Shown: piece by piece, positions 1 through 9,856 of the stretch
Numbering within the stretch: the first letter of the stretch is position 1
How the letters are laid out: each line of letters starts with the position of its first letter
From: Thiomicrolovo zhangzhouensis
GTDB taxonomy: Bacteria; Campylobacterota; Campylobacteria; Campylobacterales; Sulfurimonadaceae
DNA: 32,000 nucleotides
Assembly (NCBI RefSeq): GCF_039645565.1
Contig: NZ_CP147914.1
Span: 709,573 to 741,572 of the forward strand
Direction of reading: 5' to 3'
The notes under the pieces: model-generated
What the model saw: the letters and a program-made list of their open reading frames with translations, nothing else
Databases searched by the model: none
What the model was told of the DNA's origin: nothing
Program-made: the position numbers and the translations under genes

Positions 1-848
1 CGCCCGCGGTGCTCAAGACCCTTGCGACGGAGCTGCAGCATGACCGCACGCAGGTGGAGCGGTTCCTGACCGAAGAGTGGATCGCCCGCCGGGTCAGCAA
101 CGCCCACCTGCTCAAGGCCTACCCGCAGCAGCGTCCGCGCGCCTACCTCTACACCGTGACCGAGTACGTGGAGGGGCAGTCGCTGGCACAGTGGATGACG
201 GACAACCCCCGTCCCGATTTGGAGACAGTAAGGCGCTTTGCCGAACAGATCGCGCGGGGCCTGCTTGCGCTGCACCGCCGCGAGATGGTGCACCAGGACC
301 TCCGCCCGGAAAACATCCTGATCGACGCTATGGGGACCCTCAAGATCATTGATTTCGGGTCCGTGAAAATAGAGGGGATCCAGGAGTCGGTGCCGGAAGG
401 TGCGGCAAACCAGATGCCCGGTACGGCGCATTACTCGGCCCCGGAGTATTTCCTGGGCAGCACGGGCACGCCGCGTTCGGACCTCTACTCGCTGGCGGCG
501 ATCCTCTACCGGATGCTCTCGGGCAGCTCCCCCTACGGTCTCCAGGTGGCGCGGACCAAACAGCGCTCCGAGCAGAAGAAGCTCAAATACGTGTCGCTCG
601 CGACCGAGGGGAGCGGCGTGCCGGTCTGGTTCGACGAGGCGCTGCGCAAGGCGCTCGACCCGGTCCCGGAGCGCCGCTACGAGGATGTCGCCGAGTTCCT
701 CTATGACCTGCGCCATCCCAACCGGGCTTTTTTGAAAAAGGGGAGGCCGCCGCTGATCGAACGCGATCCGGCCCGTTTCTGGCAGGGGGTCTCCCTCCTG
801 CTCGGCTTCGCGCTCGTCATGGTGGCGGCGCAATGCGTGGGCGGCTAA
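1..848 (+). CDS. Ser/Thr protein kinase, C-terminal portion (5' end outside window)
   Basis: The ORF is open to the window edge (track 9..848). Hanks motifs occur in order: catalytic loop VHQDLRPENILI, DFG (KIIDFGS), and activation-segment end GTAHYSAPE. It ends in a hydrophobic tail, FWQGVSLLLGFALVMVAA. Confidence 0.85.
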   Translation, partial: PAVLKTLATELQHDRTQVERFLTEEWIARRVSNAHLLKAYPQQRPRAYLYTVTEYVEGQSLAQWMTDNPRPDLETVRRFAEQIARGLLALHRREMVHQDLRPENILIDAMGTLKIIDFGSVKIEGIQESVPEGAANQMPGTAHYSAPEYFLGSTGTPRSDLYSLAAILYRMLSGSSPYGLQVARTKQRSEQKKLKYVSLATEGSGVPVWFDEALRKALDPVPERRYEDVAEFLYDLRHPNRAFLKKGRPPLIERDPARFWQGVSLLLGFALVMVAAQCVGG

Positions 849-939
849 ACGCCCCGGCGTATTTCTGTGGAGCTCCGCTCAAACGGCGCGGCGTTGCCCA
901 GAGGTACACCCTCGCACGAATAACTAAAGGAATAACTAT

Positions 940-2163
940 ATGAAAAAATGGATGATATCCCTGGCGGCAGCGCCGTTGATGATTGCCGGAATGAATACGG
1001 CGGCGGCAGCCGAAGAGAGTATTGCGATTTTGGACGGTATGAAGGTGAGCGGGGAGATCCGCCCGCGCTACGAGATGGCGGATGTGAAGGATAACGGCCT
1101 CGATACGGCCAACGCCTTTACGGCCCGGACGCGCCTGGCTGTCGAAGGGACGCTCCTCGGCCTCGAAGGGCTCACCGCCAAAGTGGGGATGACCTCGGTC
1201 AACAACTTCGGCTACAACGACTACGCGCCGCAGGATGCAACGTATGACCTGATCCTCGACCCCCAGCAGGCGATCCTGACCGAGGGTTACCTGGCCTACA
1301 CGGCGGCGGACACGACCCTGCTCGCGGGGCGTTCCTTTGTCAACCTCGACGACCAGCGCTTCGTGGGGACCGTCGGCTGGCGCCAGATGGAGCGTGCCTA
1401 CGATACGGTGACGGTTGTCAACAAGTCCGTCGAAGGGCTGACGCTGCTGGGCGCATGGGTCTACGGCTACCAGGGGGTCAATAGCAACCCGACGACCGAT
1501 ACGGGATCGGCGCTGCTCAACGTCAACTACAAGGCGGGGGATGCGCTCACCGTCAGCCTGTTTGACTATATGCTGGCCGATATCCACGATACCTACGGCG
1601 TGCGCGTCAGCGGCGTCGTACCGGTCGAGGGGATCAAGTTCGATTACGCGGCTTCCTATGCGATGCAGACGGATGCGACGCTCGACTATGCCCTCGACAC
1701 CGCCCCGAAGATCGACGCCTCCTACTATGACGTCGCCCTGGGGGCGAACATCTCCGGCCTCATTGCCGGGGCGGAGTACGAGGTGCTCGGCGACGCCTCC
1801 GGCAGCAGTACCAAGGGCTTCACGACCCCGCTGGCGACCCTGCACAAGTTCCAGGGGTGGGCGGACGTCTTTCTCGGGCGCACGGCCGGCAGCAACAACG
1901 ACGGTCTTGCCGACCTGAGCGTCAAGCTCGGCTACGCCGCGCCGGGCTTCGGGAAAGTGCTGGGCATCTACCACAAGTTCGATGCGCTCTCCGGCGTGAA
2001 TAAGGACCTCGGAAGCGAGTTCGACGTCATGTACGCGAACAGTGTTCCGGGCGTCAAGGACCTCGCCTTCCTGGCGAAGGCGGCCTTCTACTCCAAGGGC
2101 GATACGGGCAACGACGTGACCAAAGCGTGGCTCCAGCTTGATTACAAGTTCGCGACGAAGTAG
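940..2163 (+). CDS. Outer-membrane beta-barrel porin (family unresolved)
   Basis: 407-aa ORF with AAAGGA upstream of the ATG. It has a cleavable signal peptide, MKKWMISLAAAPLMIAGMNTAAAA/EE. It shows an alternating amphipathic strand pattern with many G/Y/D/N turns and an aromatic-rich C-terminus (LQLDYKF). Confidence 0.65.
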   Translation: MKKWMISLAAAPLMIAGMNTAAAAEESIAILDGMKVSGEIRPRYEMADVKDNGLDTANAFTARTRLAVEGTLLGLEGLTAKVGMTSVNNFGYNDYAPQDATYDLILDPQQAILTEGYLAYTAADTTLLAGRSFVNLDDQRFVGTVGWRQMERAYDTVTVVNKSVEGLTLLGAWVYGYQGVNSNPTTDTGSALLNVNYKAGDALTVSLFDYMLADIHDTYGVRVSGVVPVEGIKFDYAASYAMQTDATLDYALDTAPKIDASYYDVALGANISGLIAGAEYEVLGDASGSSTKGFTTPLATLHKFQGWADVFLGRTAGSNNDGLADLSVKLGYAAPGFGKVLGIYHKFDALSGVNKDLGSEFDVMYANSVPGVKDLAFLAKAAFYSKGDTGNDVTKAWLQLDYKFATK

Positions 2164-2171
2164 ACCGACAG

Positions 2172-2198
2172 ACGCGGCACCGCCCCCGGCCGCCGCGT
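2172..2198 (+). terminator. GC-rich hairpin downstream of the porin gene
   Basis: ACGCGGC (2172-2178) pairs with GCCGCGT (2192-2198) across a 13-nt loop. No U-tract follows, so its function is uncertain. Confidence 0.25.
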
Positions 2199-2224
2199 GA
2201 TAAAGACGACAAAGGAGTTTGACC

Positions 2225-2653
2225 ATGAGTCTGTCCCAAGAGACGATCGAGATTATCAAGGCGACGGCAAAGCCCGTCGCGGAAAATGCGGAAGCGATTA
2301 CGGAAAGGATGTATGAAATTCTTTTCGAGCACTACCCGGAAACGCAGGTGCTCTTCAAAGACGCATCGCCGGACCAGCACAAGAAACTGGCTGCGGCGGT
2401 CGGTGCCTATGCGGCCAATATCGAAAAGCTGGAGTTCCTCGGCGACGCCCTTGAGAAGATGGCGCAGTCGCATGTGCGTGCCGGCGTACAGCCCGAACAC
2501 TACCCCGTCGTCGGGGTATCGCTGCTCACCGCCGTGAAAGAAGTGCTCGGCGAGGCGGCGACGGATGAGGTGCTGAGCGCCTGGAAAGAGGCCTATTTTT
2601 TCCTCGGCGATCTCCTGATCGCCCGTGAAACAGCGCTTTACGCCGCGGCGTAA
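2225..2653 (+). CDS. Single-domain bacterial haemoglobin (Vgb/Cgb-like)
   Basis: The ATG at 2225 lies 7 nt after AAAGGAG. Globin landmarks are present: MYEILFEHYPETQVLF (Tyr B10 context), QHKKLAAAV (Gln E7 context) and AQSHVRAGVQPEHYPVVG (proximal His F8 context). There is no reductase domain. Confidence 0.85.
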   Translation: MSLSQETIEIIKATAKPVAENAEAITERMYEILFEHYPETQVLFKDASPDQHKKLAAAVGAYAANIEKLEFLGDALEKMAQSHVRAGVQPEHYPVVGVSLLTAVKEVLGEAATDEVLSAWKEAYFFLGDLLIARETALYAAA

Positions 2654-2657
2654 AGCC

Positions 2658-5213
2658 CTACTTTCTCCTCAGGCGGACGAACTTCTCCGCCTCCATCACG
2701 ACCACCAATCCAAATGCAAACAGCAGCAGTTCCCTCCAGACCTGCAGTGACACCGGTTCCAGCGAGAGCAGTTGCTGCGTCCAGGGAAGCTGCATGGCGG
2801 CGATATGGACGGCTTGCGCGGCAATGATCGAGAGCGGCAGCAGCAGGTTCTTGAAATGGCTGATTTTGAAGAGGTAGCGCGTTTCGCTCCGGCTGTTGAA
2901 CGCGTGCAGGTTCTCAAAAAGGACCATCAGCAGCAGGGTGTCATTGCGCGCGGACTCTATCGGGACGCCCTGGGCGAGCAGCGTATAGAAGACCCCGAAA
3001 CCGATCAACCCCATATAGGCTGCGCCCAGGACGATCCGCTGGATCATCAGGGCGTTGAAAATGGGCTCTTTGGGCGGGCGCGGACCGCGTTTGAGCACGT
3101 GCGGTTCGGCCGGTTCCAGCCCCAGGGCGACGTCCTGAATACCGTTGGTGACGAGGTTGAGCCAGAGCAGGTGGATGGGCAGCAGGGGCACGGGGGTGGC
3201 GAAGGCCAGGGAGAGCAGCACGAGGATGATCTCCGCCAGCCCGGTGGAGATGAGCAGGTGAATGACCTTGCGGATGTTGTCATAGGCGCGGCGCCCCTCT
3301 TCGACCCCGCCCACGATCGAGGTAAACGCATCGTCGGTGAGGATCAGGTCTGCGTTCTCTTTGGCCACGTCTGTGCCGGATTTTCCCATCGCGATGCCGA
3401 TATGGGCGCTTTTGAGCGCCGGGGCGTCATTGACGCCGTCGCCGGTGACGGCGACATAGTGCCCCAGCCCCTGGAAGGCGCGGACGATCTGAAGCTTCTG
3501 CTCCGGCGAGACGCGGGCGAAGACGCGGATGTCGGCCAGGGCATGCGGGTCGCCGCCGTTCTCATACCAGTGGCTGAGCGCCTCCCCGTCCATCACCTGT
3601 TCCATCCCCGCTGCCATGTTGAGCCGTTTGGCGATATGCAGCGCCGTTTCGGGGTGGTCGCCCGTGACCATGACGACGGTGATACCGGCTTCGTGGCAGT
3701 GGGCAAGCGAGGTTTCCACGCCGTCGCGCAGGGGGTCGGTGATGGCGGCAAGGCCCGCCCAGACGAAGCGTTTTGATGCCATGGCTTCTTGGAGGTGCGG
3801 CGTCGTCGTATCGGCGTAGGCGACCCCGATGAGGCGGTACCCCTCCCGGGCCAGGCTGTTGACCTCTGCGAGCAGCGCGTCGCGTTCGGAAGGGGCGATG
3901 CTGCAGACCGCGAGGATGACTTCGGGCGAGCCTTTGATGGCGGCGAAGTAGCCCGTCTCCGTCTCGATCACGGCACCGGAATATTTCTGCGCGGGCTCAT
4001 AGGGGATGAGATCGGTTTTCGGATACTCCATCCGCTCCAGTACGGTCTCGTTTTGCCGCTGGGCGTACAGGGCCAGGGCGACGTCGACCTGGTCGCCGCC
4101 GAACGTTCCCTGTCGGTTGCGGTAGGCTTCGTTGGCGATGACGATTGCTTCGAGTGCCTTTACCGCGTCTGCCGCCCCCTCAAAAGATTCGACGCTGAGC
4201 CGGTTCTGGGTCAGCGTCCCCGTCTTGTCGGTGGCGATGAGGGTGCAAGAGCCCAGCGCTTCGATGGCCGGGAGTTTGCGGACGATGACGTTGCGCCGGG
4301 ACATGGCGACCGCCGCCGAGGCAAGCGCGACGGTGATGGCGACGGGAAGCCCTTCGGGAACGGCGGAGACGAAGAGGGCGACCGTGAGGAAGAAGACCTC
4401 GAGCAGCGGGGTCCCCCGGAAGAGCGACAGTGCGATGATCAGCAGGGAGATGACGCCGACGGCGGCCGCGATCTTGAGCGAAAAGGTTTCCAGGCGCGCG
4501 ATGAGGGGGACCTTGACGGCCGACCTGCCGATGAGGAGTTCGGCGATCCGCCCGATCTGCGTATGCAGCCCGACGGCGCTGACGATACCCCTGGCCCGCC
4601 CGCTGGTGATGTAGGTCCCGGCGAAGAGCATGTTGCTGCGGTCACCCAGGGGGAGGTCGGGGTCATCGAAAATGGCCATCGCATCCTTGCCGACTTCCAG
4701 GGATTCGCCGGTCAGCAGCGACTCGTCGGCGGAGAGGTGATAGGTGTGGAGGAGCCGGAGGTCGGCCGGGACCTTGTCCCCGCTCTCGATCACGACGATA
4801 TCGCCCAGGGCGAGCCCCGCGGCATCGATGAGCTCCTCTTTGCCGTCGCGCAGCACCTTCGCCAGGGTCCTGACACTGTGCCGCAGGGCATGGGCCTGCC
4901 GGTCGGCGCTGTGTTCGAGCACCGTCCCGATGGCGGCGTTGATGATCAGCACGGCGAGGATAAATCCGGCGTCGAGGTTTTCGCCGATGCCGAAGCTGAT
5001 CAGCGCGGCGACGAGCAGGATGAGGATGATGGGGTTTTTGAACTGGGAAAAGATGATGCGCAGCAGGGGAATAGGCGGGGCGACCGGGAGGGCGTTGGGG
5101 CCGTCGCGCAACAGGCGCACCTCGGCTTCAGCCGTACTCAGGCCGCTGCTGCTGCTGTCAAAATGCCTGAAGGTCGTGTCGATCCCCAGGGTATGGTGCG
5201 CGTCGAATTCCAT
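2658..5213 (-). CDS. P2-type cation-transporting P-type ATPase (Ca2+/Mg2+-like)
   Basis: 851 aa with an N-terminal cation-ATPase-N segment (GLSTAEAEVRLLRDGPNALP). Motifs seen: TGES (LLTGESLEV), TM4 PEGLP, phosphorylation site DKTGTLT, and hinge TGDGVNDAPAL. Confidence 0.93.
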   Translation of the reverse strand: MEFDAHHTLGIDTTFRHFDSSSSGLSTAEAEVRLLRDGPNALPVAPPIPLLRIIFSQFKNPIILILLVAALISFGIGENLDAGFILAVLIINAAIGTVLEHSADRQAHALRHSVRTLAKVLRDGKEELIDAAGLALGDIVVIESGDKVPADLRLLHTYHLSADESLLTGESLEVGKDAMAIFDDPDLPLGDRSNMLFAGTYITSGRARGIVSAVGLHTQIGRIAELLIGRSAVKVPLIARLETFSLKIAAAVGVISLLIIALSLFRGTPLLEVFFLTVALFVSAVPEGLPVAITVALASAAVAMSRRNVIVRKLPAIEALGSCTLIATDKTGTLTQNRLSVESFEGAADAVKALEAIVIANEAYRNRQGTFGGDQVDVALALYAQRQNETVLERMEYPKTDLIPYEPAQKYSGAVIETETGYFAAIKGSPEVILAVCSIAPSERDALLAEVNSLAREGYRLIGVAYADTTTPHLQEAMASKRFVWAGLAAITDPLRDGVETSLAHCHEAGITVVMVTGDHPETALHIAKRLNMAAGMEQVMDGEALSHWYENGGDPHALADIRVFARVSPEQKLQIVRAFQGLGHYVAVTGDGVNDAPALKSAHIGIAMGKSGTDVAKENADLILTDDAFTSIVGGVEEGRRAYDNIRKVIHLLISTGLAEIILVLLSLAFATPVPLLPIHLLWLNLVTNGIQDVALGLEPAEPHVLKRGPRPPKEPIFNALMIQRIVLGAAYMGLIGFGVFYTLLAQGVPIESARNDTLLLMVLFENLHAFNSRSETRYLFKISHFKNLLLPLSIIAAQAVHIAAMQLPWTQQLLSLEPVSLQVWRELLLFAFGLVVVMEAEKFVRLRRK

Positions 5214-5257
5214 ACACCTATTGTATCAGGAGATCGGGTGAATCGGTACGGTTGCGT

Positions 5258-5377
5258 TCAGCCCCTGTCGCGGTTGAAAAAGGCAAGGACGAGGGCGACG
5301 ACGATCAAGACGCCGAAGGTGACCCCCCAGATAAGCAGGTTGGTGTCCCCGTCGAGGGGAGGATTGGTCGGATTCAT
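5258..5377 (-). CDS. 39-aa single-pass membrane micro-protein (below the ORF-track cutoff)
   Basis: My translation is MNPTNPPLDGDTNLLIWGVTFGVLIVVALVLAFFNRDRG. Its ATG overlaps the stop of the upstream ORF as ATGA (5374-5377). It ends 44 nt before the ATPase start. Confidence 0.4.
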   Translation of the reverse strand: MNPTNPPLDGDTNLLIWGVTFGVLIVVALVLAFFNRDRG

Positions 5378-5679
5378 GGTTGCTCGCTTTCATCCCGGGT
5401 GAGGTAGACCCAGTAGTCCCGGTAACTGTAGCCCCGGTTCAGGAAATAGAGTTGCAAAACGGCGACGCGGTAGAGCGTCAGCACCATCTTTGCAAAGGGG
5501 ACGGCGAGGCTGAGCCCCGAGAACCATCCCTGTGGTTTTTTTCCGCGGGTTTCCAGCATGGTTTCCATACCGATATTCTGCATAAGGTGCCAGCTGAAAA
5601 GGAAAGAAAAAATGAAGTTCGCCACCACCCCGAGGAGGGCGACGGCAATGAGGTCCTGTTCGAAAAGACCGAAGAGCAC
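5374..5679 (-). CDS. Small membrane protein, function unknown
   Basis: 101-aa ORF with a GTG start 3 nt after the ppa stop. It has two hydrophobic segments (LIAVALLGVVANFIFSFLFSW and WFSGLSLAVPFAKMVLTLY). The start codon is uncertain. Confidence 0.5.
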   Translation of the reverse strand: MLFGLFEQDLIAVALLGVVANFIFSFLFSWHLMQNIGMETMLETRGKKPQGWFSGLSLAVPFAKMVLTLYRVAVLQLYFLNRGYSYRDYWVYLTRDESEQP

Positions 5680-5682
5680 TGC

Positions 5683-6198
5683 TTAGGCGTTCTCGATGGC
5701 GTCTTGGAGGATTTTGGTCGCCGCAGCTTTGTTCTGGTAGTCTTTGACCTTGACCCATTTGCCCGGCTCGAGCGCTTTGTAGGTTTCGAAGAAGTTTTTG
5801 ATCTTCGCCAGGGTGTGCTTCGGCAGGTCGTCGATATCCTGGATCTCTTCGAAAGTCGGGTCGATCTTGGAGACCGGCACGGCCAGCAGTTTCTCGTCGA
5901 TACCGCTTTCGTCTTCCATGATCAGAACACCGATCAGGCGGCAGTTCACGACGGAACCGGCCTGCATCGGGTACTCGGTCAGGACGAGGACGTCAGCCGG
6001 GTCGCCGTCCTGGGAAAGGGTCTTGTTGACAAAGCCGTAGTTGGCCGGATAGTACATCGCAGAGTGCATGACGCGGTCGACGACGACGGCACCGCTCTCT
6101 TTTTCAATTTCATACTTGATGTTGGACCCGTAAGGGATCTCGATCACCGCTTTGACTTTGTCCGGGTTTTCTCCGTAACCGATTTTGCTCAAATCCAT
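5683..6198 (-). CDS. ppa: Inorganic pyrophosphatase (family I)
   Basis: The ATG at 6198 is preceded by GGAG. The product MDLSKIGYGENPDKV...IEIPYGSNIKYEIEK...YPANYGFV...DGDPADVLVL is the typical soluble PPase signature. The upstream extension in the track ORF lacks an RBS. Confidence 0.93.
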   Translation of the reverse strand: MDLSKIGYGENPDKVKAVIEIPYGSNIKYEIEKESGAVVVDRVMHSAMYYPANYGFVNKTLSQDGDPADVLVLTEYPMQAGSVVNCRLIGVLIMEDESGIDEKLLAVPVSKIDPTFEEIQDIDDLPKHTLAKIKNFFETYKALEPGKWVKVKDYQNKAAATKILQDAIENA

Positions 6199-6411
6199 AG
6201 CGTTCTCCAAAAATATTTGCGTGATTGTAGCAAAGCGGACCTCTGAAATCCCTGTAGGGCTCAAAAACCGATGGCGGTGTATGGTAACAGTCCAGGCTTA
6301 GGGAGATGGGATTTTTCGGTAGTATCATACGATTTTTATCTTCTTTTCTATACTATAGGCCGAGTAATTTTATGAAGGCGCAGGCTTTCAAAACTGTAAC
6401 AAGGGTAGATC

Positions 6412-6645
6412 ATGGAAGTGAACCTCGTAGCCGAGGGGCTCAAATTCATGGTGCTCGGTATGGGCATCGTCTTTTTGTTCCTCACGCTGATGATTTTTGC
6501 GATGAATGTCATGTCAAAGATCATTCACCGCTATTTCCCGGAACCGCAGGCGGCAGAGTCGGGAAAGTCCGCTCCGGCAGCGGCGGATAAACTGAAGAAG
6601 GTGGCGGCGATTGCTGCGGCCATTCACCACCACAACACAAAGTAA
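6412..6645 (+). CDS. oadG: Oxaloacetate decarboxylase gamma subunit
   Basis: 77 aa with an N-terminal TM helix (GLKFMVLGMGIVFLFLTLMIFAM) and an Ala-rich tail. It lies immediately upstream of oadA and oadB. Confidence 0.7.
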   Translation: MEVNLVAEGLKFMVLGMGIVFLFLTLMIFAMNVMSKIIHRYFPEPQAAESGKSAPAAADKLKKVAAIAAAIHHHNTK

Positions 6646-6653
6646 GGATTGGC

Positions 6654-8438
6654 ATGGCGAAAAAATTCATTGACGTGATGGATACGACGTTCCGCGACGG
6701 CTTTCAGTCCGTTTTCGGCGGACGGGTACTGCTGAACGACTTCCTGCCGGCAGTCGAAGCGGCAAAAGAGGCGGGGATCACCCACTTCGAGTTCGGCGGG
6801 GGCGCACGCTTCCAGGTGCCTTATTTCTACCTCAACGAGAACGCTTTTGACAACATGGACAAATTCCGCGAGATCGTCGGTCCCGATGCGAACCTGCAGA
6901 CGCTGGCGCGGGGGGTCAACACGGTGATGCTCGACACGGGCAGCCGCGAGCTGGTCGACCTGCACGCAAAGATGTTCAAAAAGCACGGGACGACAACGAT
7001 CCGCAACTTCGATGCCCTCAACGATGTGAACAACCTCATTGACAGCGGCCGCAGCATCGTCAACCACGGCCTGAAGCACGAAGTCGTCGTGACGATGATG
7101 GACCTCCCTCCGGGTTGTGAAGGTGCGCACACCGTAGAGTTCTACGAGAAGATCCTCCGTGACATCCTCGATGCGGAGATCCCGTACGACTCCGTCTGTT
7201 TCAAGGACGCCACCGGTACGGCCAACCCGCAGAAAGTCTATGAGACGATCAAAATGGCACGCAGACTGCTGCCGGAAGGGACACATATCCGCCTGCATAC
7301 GCAGGAAACTGCCGGTATCAGCGTCGCGCAGAACCTCGCAGCCCTCGAAGCGGGCGCGGACGGTATCGATGCCGCCGCTCACCCGGTCTCCGGCGGTACG
7401 AGCCAGCCGGACCTGCTCGTGATGATGCACGCCATCAAGGGTAAGGATTACGATTTCGGCTTCGATTTCGAGAAGATCCTCAAATACGAAGCGACCCTCA
7501 AAGAGTGTCTGGCGGACTACTTCATCCCGCCGGAAGCGACCATGGTCGAGCCGCTGATCCAGTTCTCCCCGATGCCGGGCGGCGCCCTCACGGCGAACAC
7601 GCAGATGCTGCGCGACAACAACATGATGGACAAGTTCCACGATGCGATCCTCGCGATGCGCGAAGTTGTCGAAAAGGGCGGCTACGGCACCTCCGTCACC
7701 CCGGTTTCCCAGTTCTATTTCCAGCAGGCGCTCAACAATACCCTGATGGGGCCGTGGAACAAGATTGCACCGGGTTACGGCCGCATGGTCCTGGGCTACT
7801 TCGGCAAGACGCCGGTGGCGCCGGATGCCGAGGTCGTCAAGATCGCCGCGGAGCAGCTCGGACTCGAGCCGACAACGGAAAAGGCGATCGATCTCGCCGA
7901 CAAAGACGAAAAGAAATCCGTCGCCTTCTGGACCAAGCGTCTTGAAGAAGAGGGGATCGAAACCACTGAAGAGAACATCTTCATCGCAGCTGCCTGTGAT
8001 GAAAAAGGGATCACCTTCCTTAAAGGTGAAGCGGAAGTCAACGTCCGCAAACTTTCCGAAATGCAAAACGAAAAAGAGGAGTGTCAAGGTATGGGTTCAG
8101 GAAACTACACAGTCGTCGTCGACGGTCAGAAATTCAGCGTTCAGGTCGCCGAGGGCGATGCAAACATCCAGGTGACAGCGGTTCAGGGCGAAGCCGCAGC
8201 ATCTGCAGCGGCACCGGCCGGTGAAGGCGAAGAGATCAAGGCACTGCTGCCGGGTAACGTCTGGAAAGTCGTTGCCAACCCGGGCCAGAGCGTCGCGGAA
8301 GGCGAAAAGATCATGATCCTTGAATCCATGAAAATGGAGATCGATGTCCTTGCACCGCGCGGCGGCGTTATCAAGTCCATCAACGTCAACGTCAACGATA
8401 AGGTCGTCGAAGGCCAGGTTGTCGCGGTAATCGGATAA
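6654..8438 (+). CDS. oadA: Oxaloacetate decarboxylase alpha subunit (carboxyltransferase plus biotinyl domain)
   Basis: 594 aa with an N-terminal [14 protein letters not shown]-like/5S carboxyltransferase fold, an Ala/Pro linker, and a C-terminal biotinyl-lysine motif, ILESMKMEI. Confidence 0.9.
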   Translation: MAKKFIDVMDTTFRDGFQSVFGGRVLLNDFLPAVEAAKEAGITHFEFGGGARFQVPYFYLNENAFDNMDKFREIVGPDANLQTLARGVNTVMLDTGSRELVDLHAKMFKKHGTTTIRNFDALNDVNNLIDSGRSIVNHGLKHEVVVTMMDLPPGCEGAHTVEFYEKILRDILDAEIPYDSVCFKDATGTANPQKVYETIKMARRLLPEGTHIRLHTQETAGISVAQNLAALEAGADGIDAAAHPVSGGTSQPDLLVMMHAIKGKDYDFGFDFEKILKYEATLKECLADYFIPPEATMVEPLIQFSPMPGGALTANTQMLRDNNMMDKFHDAILAMREVVEKGGYGTSVTPVSQFYFQQALNNTLMGPWNKIAPGYGRMVLGYFGKTPVAPDAEVVKIAAEQLGLEPTTEKAIDLADKDEKKSVAFWTKRLEEEGIETTEENIFIAAACDEKGITFLKGEAEVNVRKLSEMQNEKEECQGMGSGNYTVVVDGQKFSVQVAEGDANIQVTAVQGEAAASAAAPAGEGEEIKALLPGNVWKVVANPGQSVAEGEKIMILESMKMEIDVLAPRGGVIKSINVNVNDKVVEGQVVAVIG

Positions 8439-8442
8439 GCGG

Positions 8443-9768
8443 ATGAGAACGCTGTTTATCAAACTGCTGCTGGCATTGTCGCTGTTCGGCGCCGTGTCGG
8501 CGTCGGCATCCGATGCCCATGCCGCGCATGAGGCGCCGGCGGTGGAACAAAAGGCCTACGAGTCGCACAGCATCGGTCACCTCCTGACCAACTTTGCCAA
8601 GTCCACCGGTGTCTACGCGATCCTCTATCCGAACCCGGACGAGATGAGTGCCCTGGGTAAACCGATGAGCGATTTCCACAAAGGGTGGGGACGCGTCATC
8701 ATGATCCTGGTCGCTTTCGTCCTCTTCTACCTGGCGATCGCCAAAGGCTTTGAGCCGCTGCTCCTGCTGCCGATCGGCTTCGGGGGCCTGCTCTCGAACA
8801 TCCCCGTCGCGGACATCGCCGGGCCGCACGGCTTCCTTGGCGTTATCTACCAGGCGGGCCTCGCGAACGAGCTCTTCCCGATCATTATCTTTATGGGTGT
8901 CGGGGCGATGACAGACTTCGGCCCGCTGCTCTCCAACCCGAAAACGGCGCTGCTCGGCGGTGCTGCGCAGTTCGGGATCTTCGGGACCCTCGTCGGGGCG
9001 GTCGCGCTGTCACAGTACACGGACCTCTTTGACTTTACGCTGCAGCAGGCATCCGCCATCTCCATCATCGGCGGTGCGGACGGCCCGACATCGATCTATA
9101 TTGCGACGAAACTGGCGCCGGAACTGCTGGGGGCGATCGCGGTCGCGTCATACTCCTATATGGCACTGGTACCGATCATCCAGCCGCCGATCATGAAGGC
9201 GCTCACCAACGCCAAAGAGCGTAAGATCAAGATGACGACCCTGCGCCACGTCAGCCGCATGGAGAAACTGATCTTCCCGATCATGGTCCTTGTCCTGGCG
9301 ATCCTGGTCCTTCCGGACTCCACGCCGCTGATCGGTGCGTTCGCTTTCGGTAACTTCCTGAAAGAGTCCGGTGTCGTCGAGCGTCTCTCCGATACGCTGC
9401 AGAACGCCCTGATCAACATCGTCACGATCTTCCTCGGCCTCGGCGTCGGTTCCAAGCTCGCCGCGGACCAGTTCCTCGTCGCTGATACCCTGGCGATCCT
9501 GGCCCTGGGCCTGGTCGCCTTCTCCGTCGGTACGGCCGCGGGGGTTATCATGGCGAAGATCATGAACCTCTTCCCGGGGACGAAGATCAACCCGCTTATC
9601 GGTTCGGCAGGAGTTTCCGCCGTTCCGATGGCGGCACGTGTCTCCAACAAAGTCGGTATGGAATACGACCGCAACAACATGCTGCTCATGCATGCGATGG
9701 GCCCGAACGTTGCGGGTGTCATCGGTTCCGCCGTTGCGGCGGGTGTTATGATCAGTATCTTCGCGTAA
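8443..9768 (+). CDS. oadB: Oxaloacetate decarboxylase beta subunit (Na+ pump)
   Basis: 441-aa polytopic membrane protein with OadB-like segments ([41 protein letters not shown]). It starts 4 nt after oadA. Confidence 0.9.
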   Translation: MRTLFIKLLLALSLFGAVSASASDAHAAHEAPAVEQKAYESHSIGHLLTNFAKSTGVYAILYPNPDEMSALGKPMSDFHKGWGRVIMILVAFVLFYLAIAKGFEPLLLLPIGFGGLLSNIPVADIAGPHGFLGVIYQAGLANELFPIIIFMGVGAMTDFGPLLSNPKTALLGGAAQFGIFGTLVGAVALSQYTDLFDFTLQQASAISIIGGADGPTSIYIATKLAPELLGAIAVASYSYMALVPIIQPPIMKALTNAKERKIKMTTLRHVSRMEKLIFPIMVLVLAILVLPDSTPLIGAFAFGNFLKESGVVERLSDTLQNALINIVTIFLGLGVGSKLAADQFLVADTLAILALGLVAFSVGTAAGVIMAKIMNLFPGTKINPLIGSAGVSAVPMAARVSNKVGMEYDRNNMLLMHAMGPNVAGVIGSAVAAGVMISIFA

Positions 9769-9787
9769 GCGCAGAAACACTTCCGCT

Positions 9788-9805
9788 TTCCGGGGCTTCC
9801 CGGAA
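9788..9805. terminator. Hairpin between convergent oadB and the GNAT gene
   Basis: TTCCGGG GCTT CCCGGAA forms a perfect 7-bp stem with a 4-nt loop. T-rich sequence follows on the + strand. Confidence 0.5.
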
Positions 9806-9856
9806 CAGCTTCTTCTCTAAACAGTCCCCGATTTTTTTATAGTGTCACATAGCATG

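Noticed and set aside
851-862. ACGC-CCCG-GCGT mini-hairpin after the kinase stop as a terminator.
   Set aside because: It has only a 4-bp stem and no clear U-tract, which is too weak to call.
817-2259. Long ORFs antisense to, or out of frame with, recognisable genes. Examples: 817..2259 -, 2772..3776 +, 3789..5402 +, 5380..6246 +, 6624..8087 -, 9148..9780 -, 16949..17692 +, 17702..18787 -, 19204..20901 +, 20862..22325 -, 22757..23719 -, 25127..25963 -, 28951..31113 +.
   Set aside because: These are typical shadow ORFs of high-GC DNA. Their translations are low-complexity R/G/A/D/E/P-rich, lack motifs, and each lies opposite a gene with clear family signatures.
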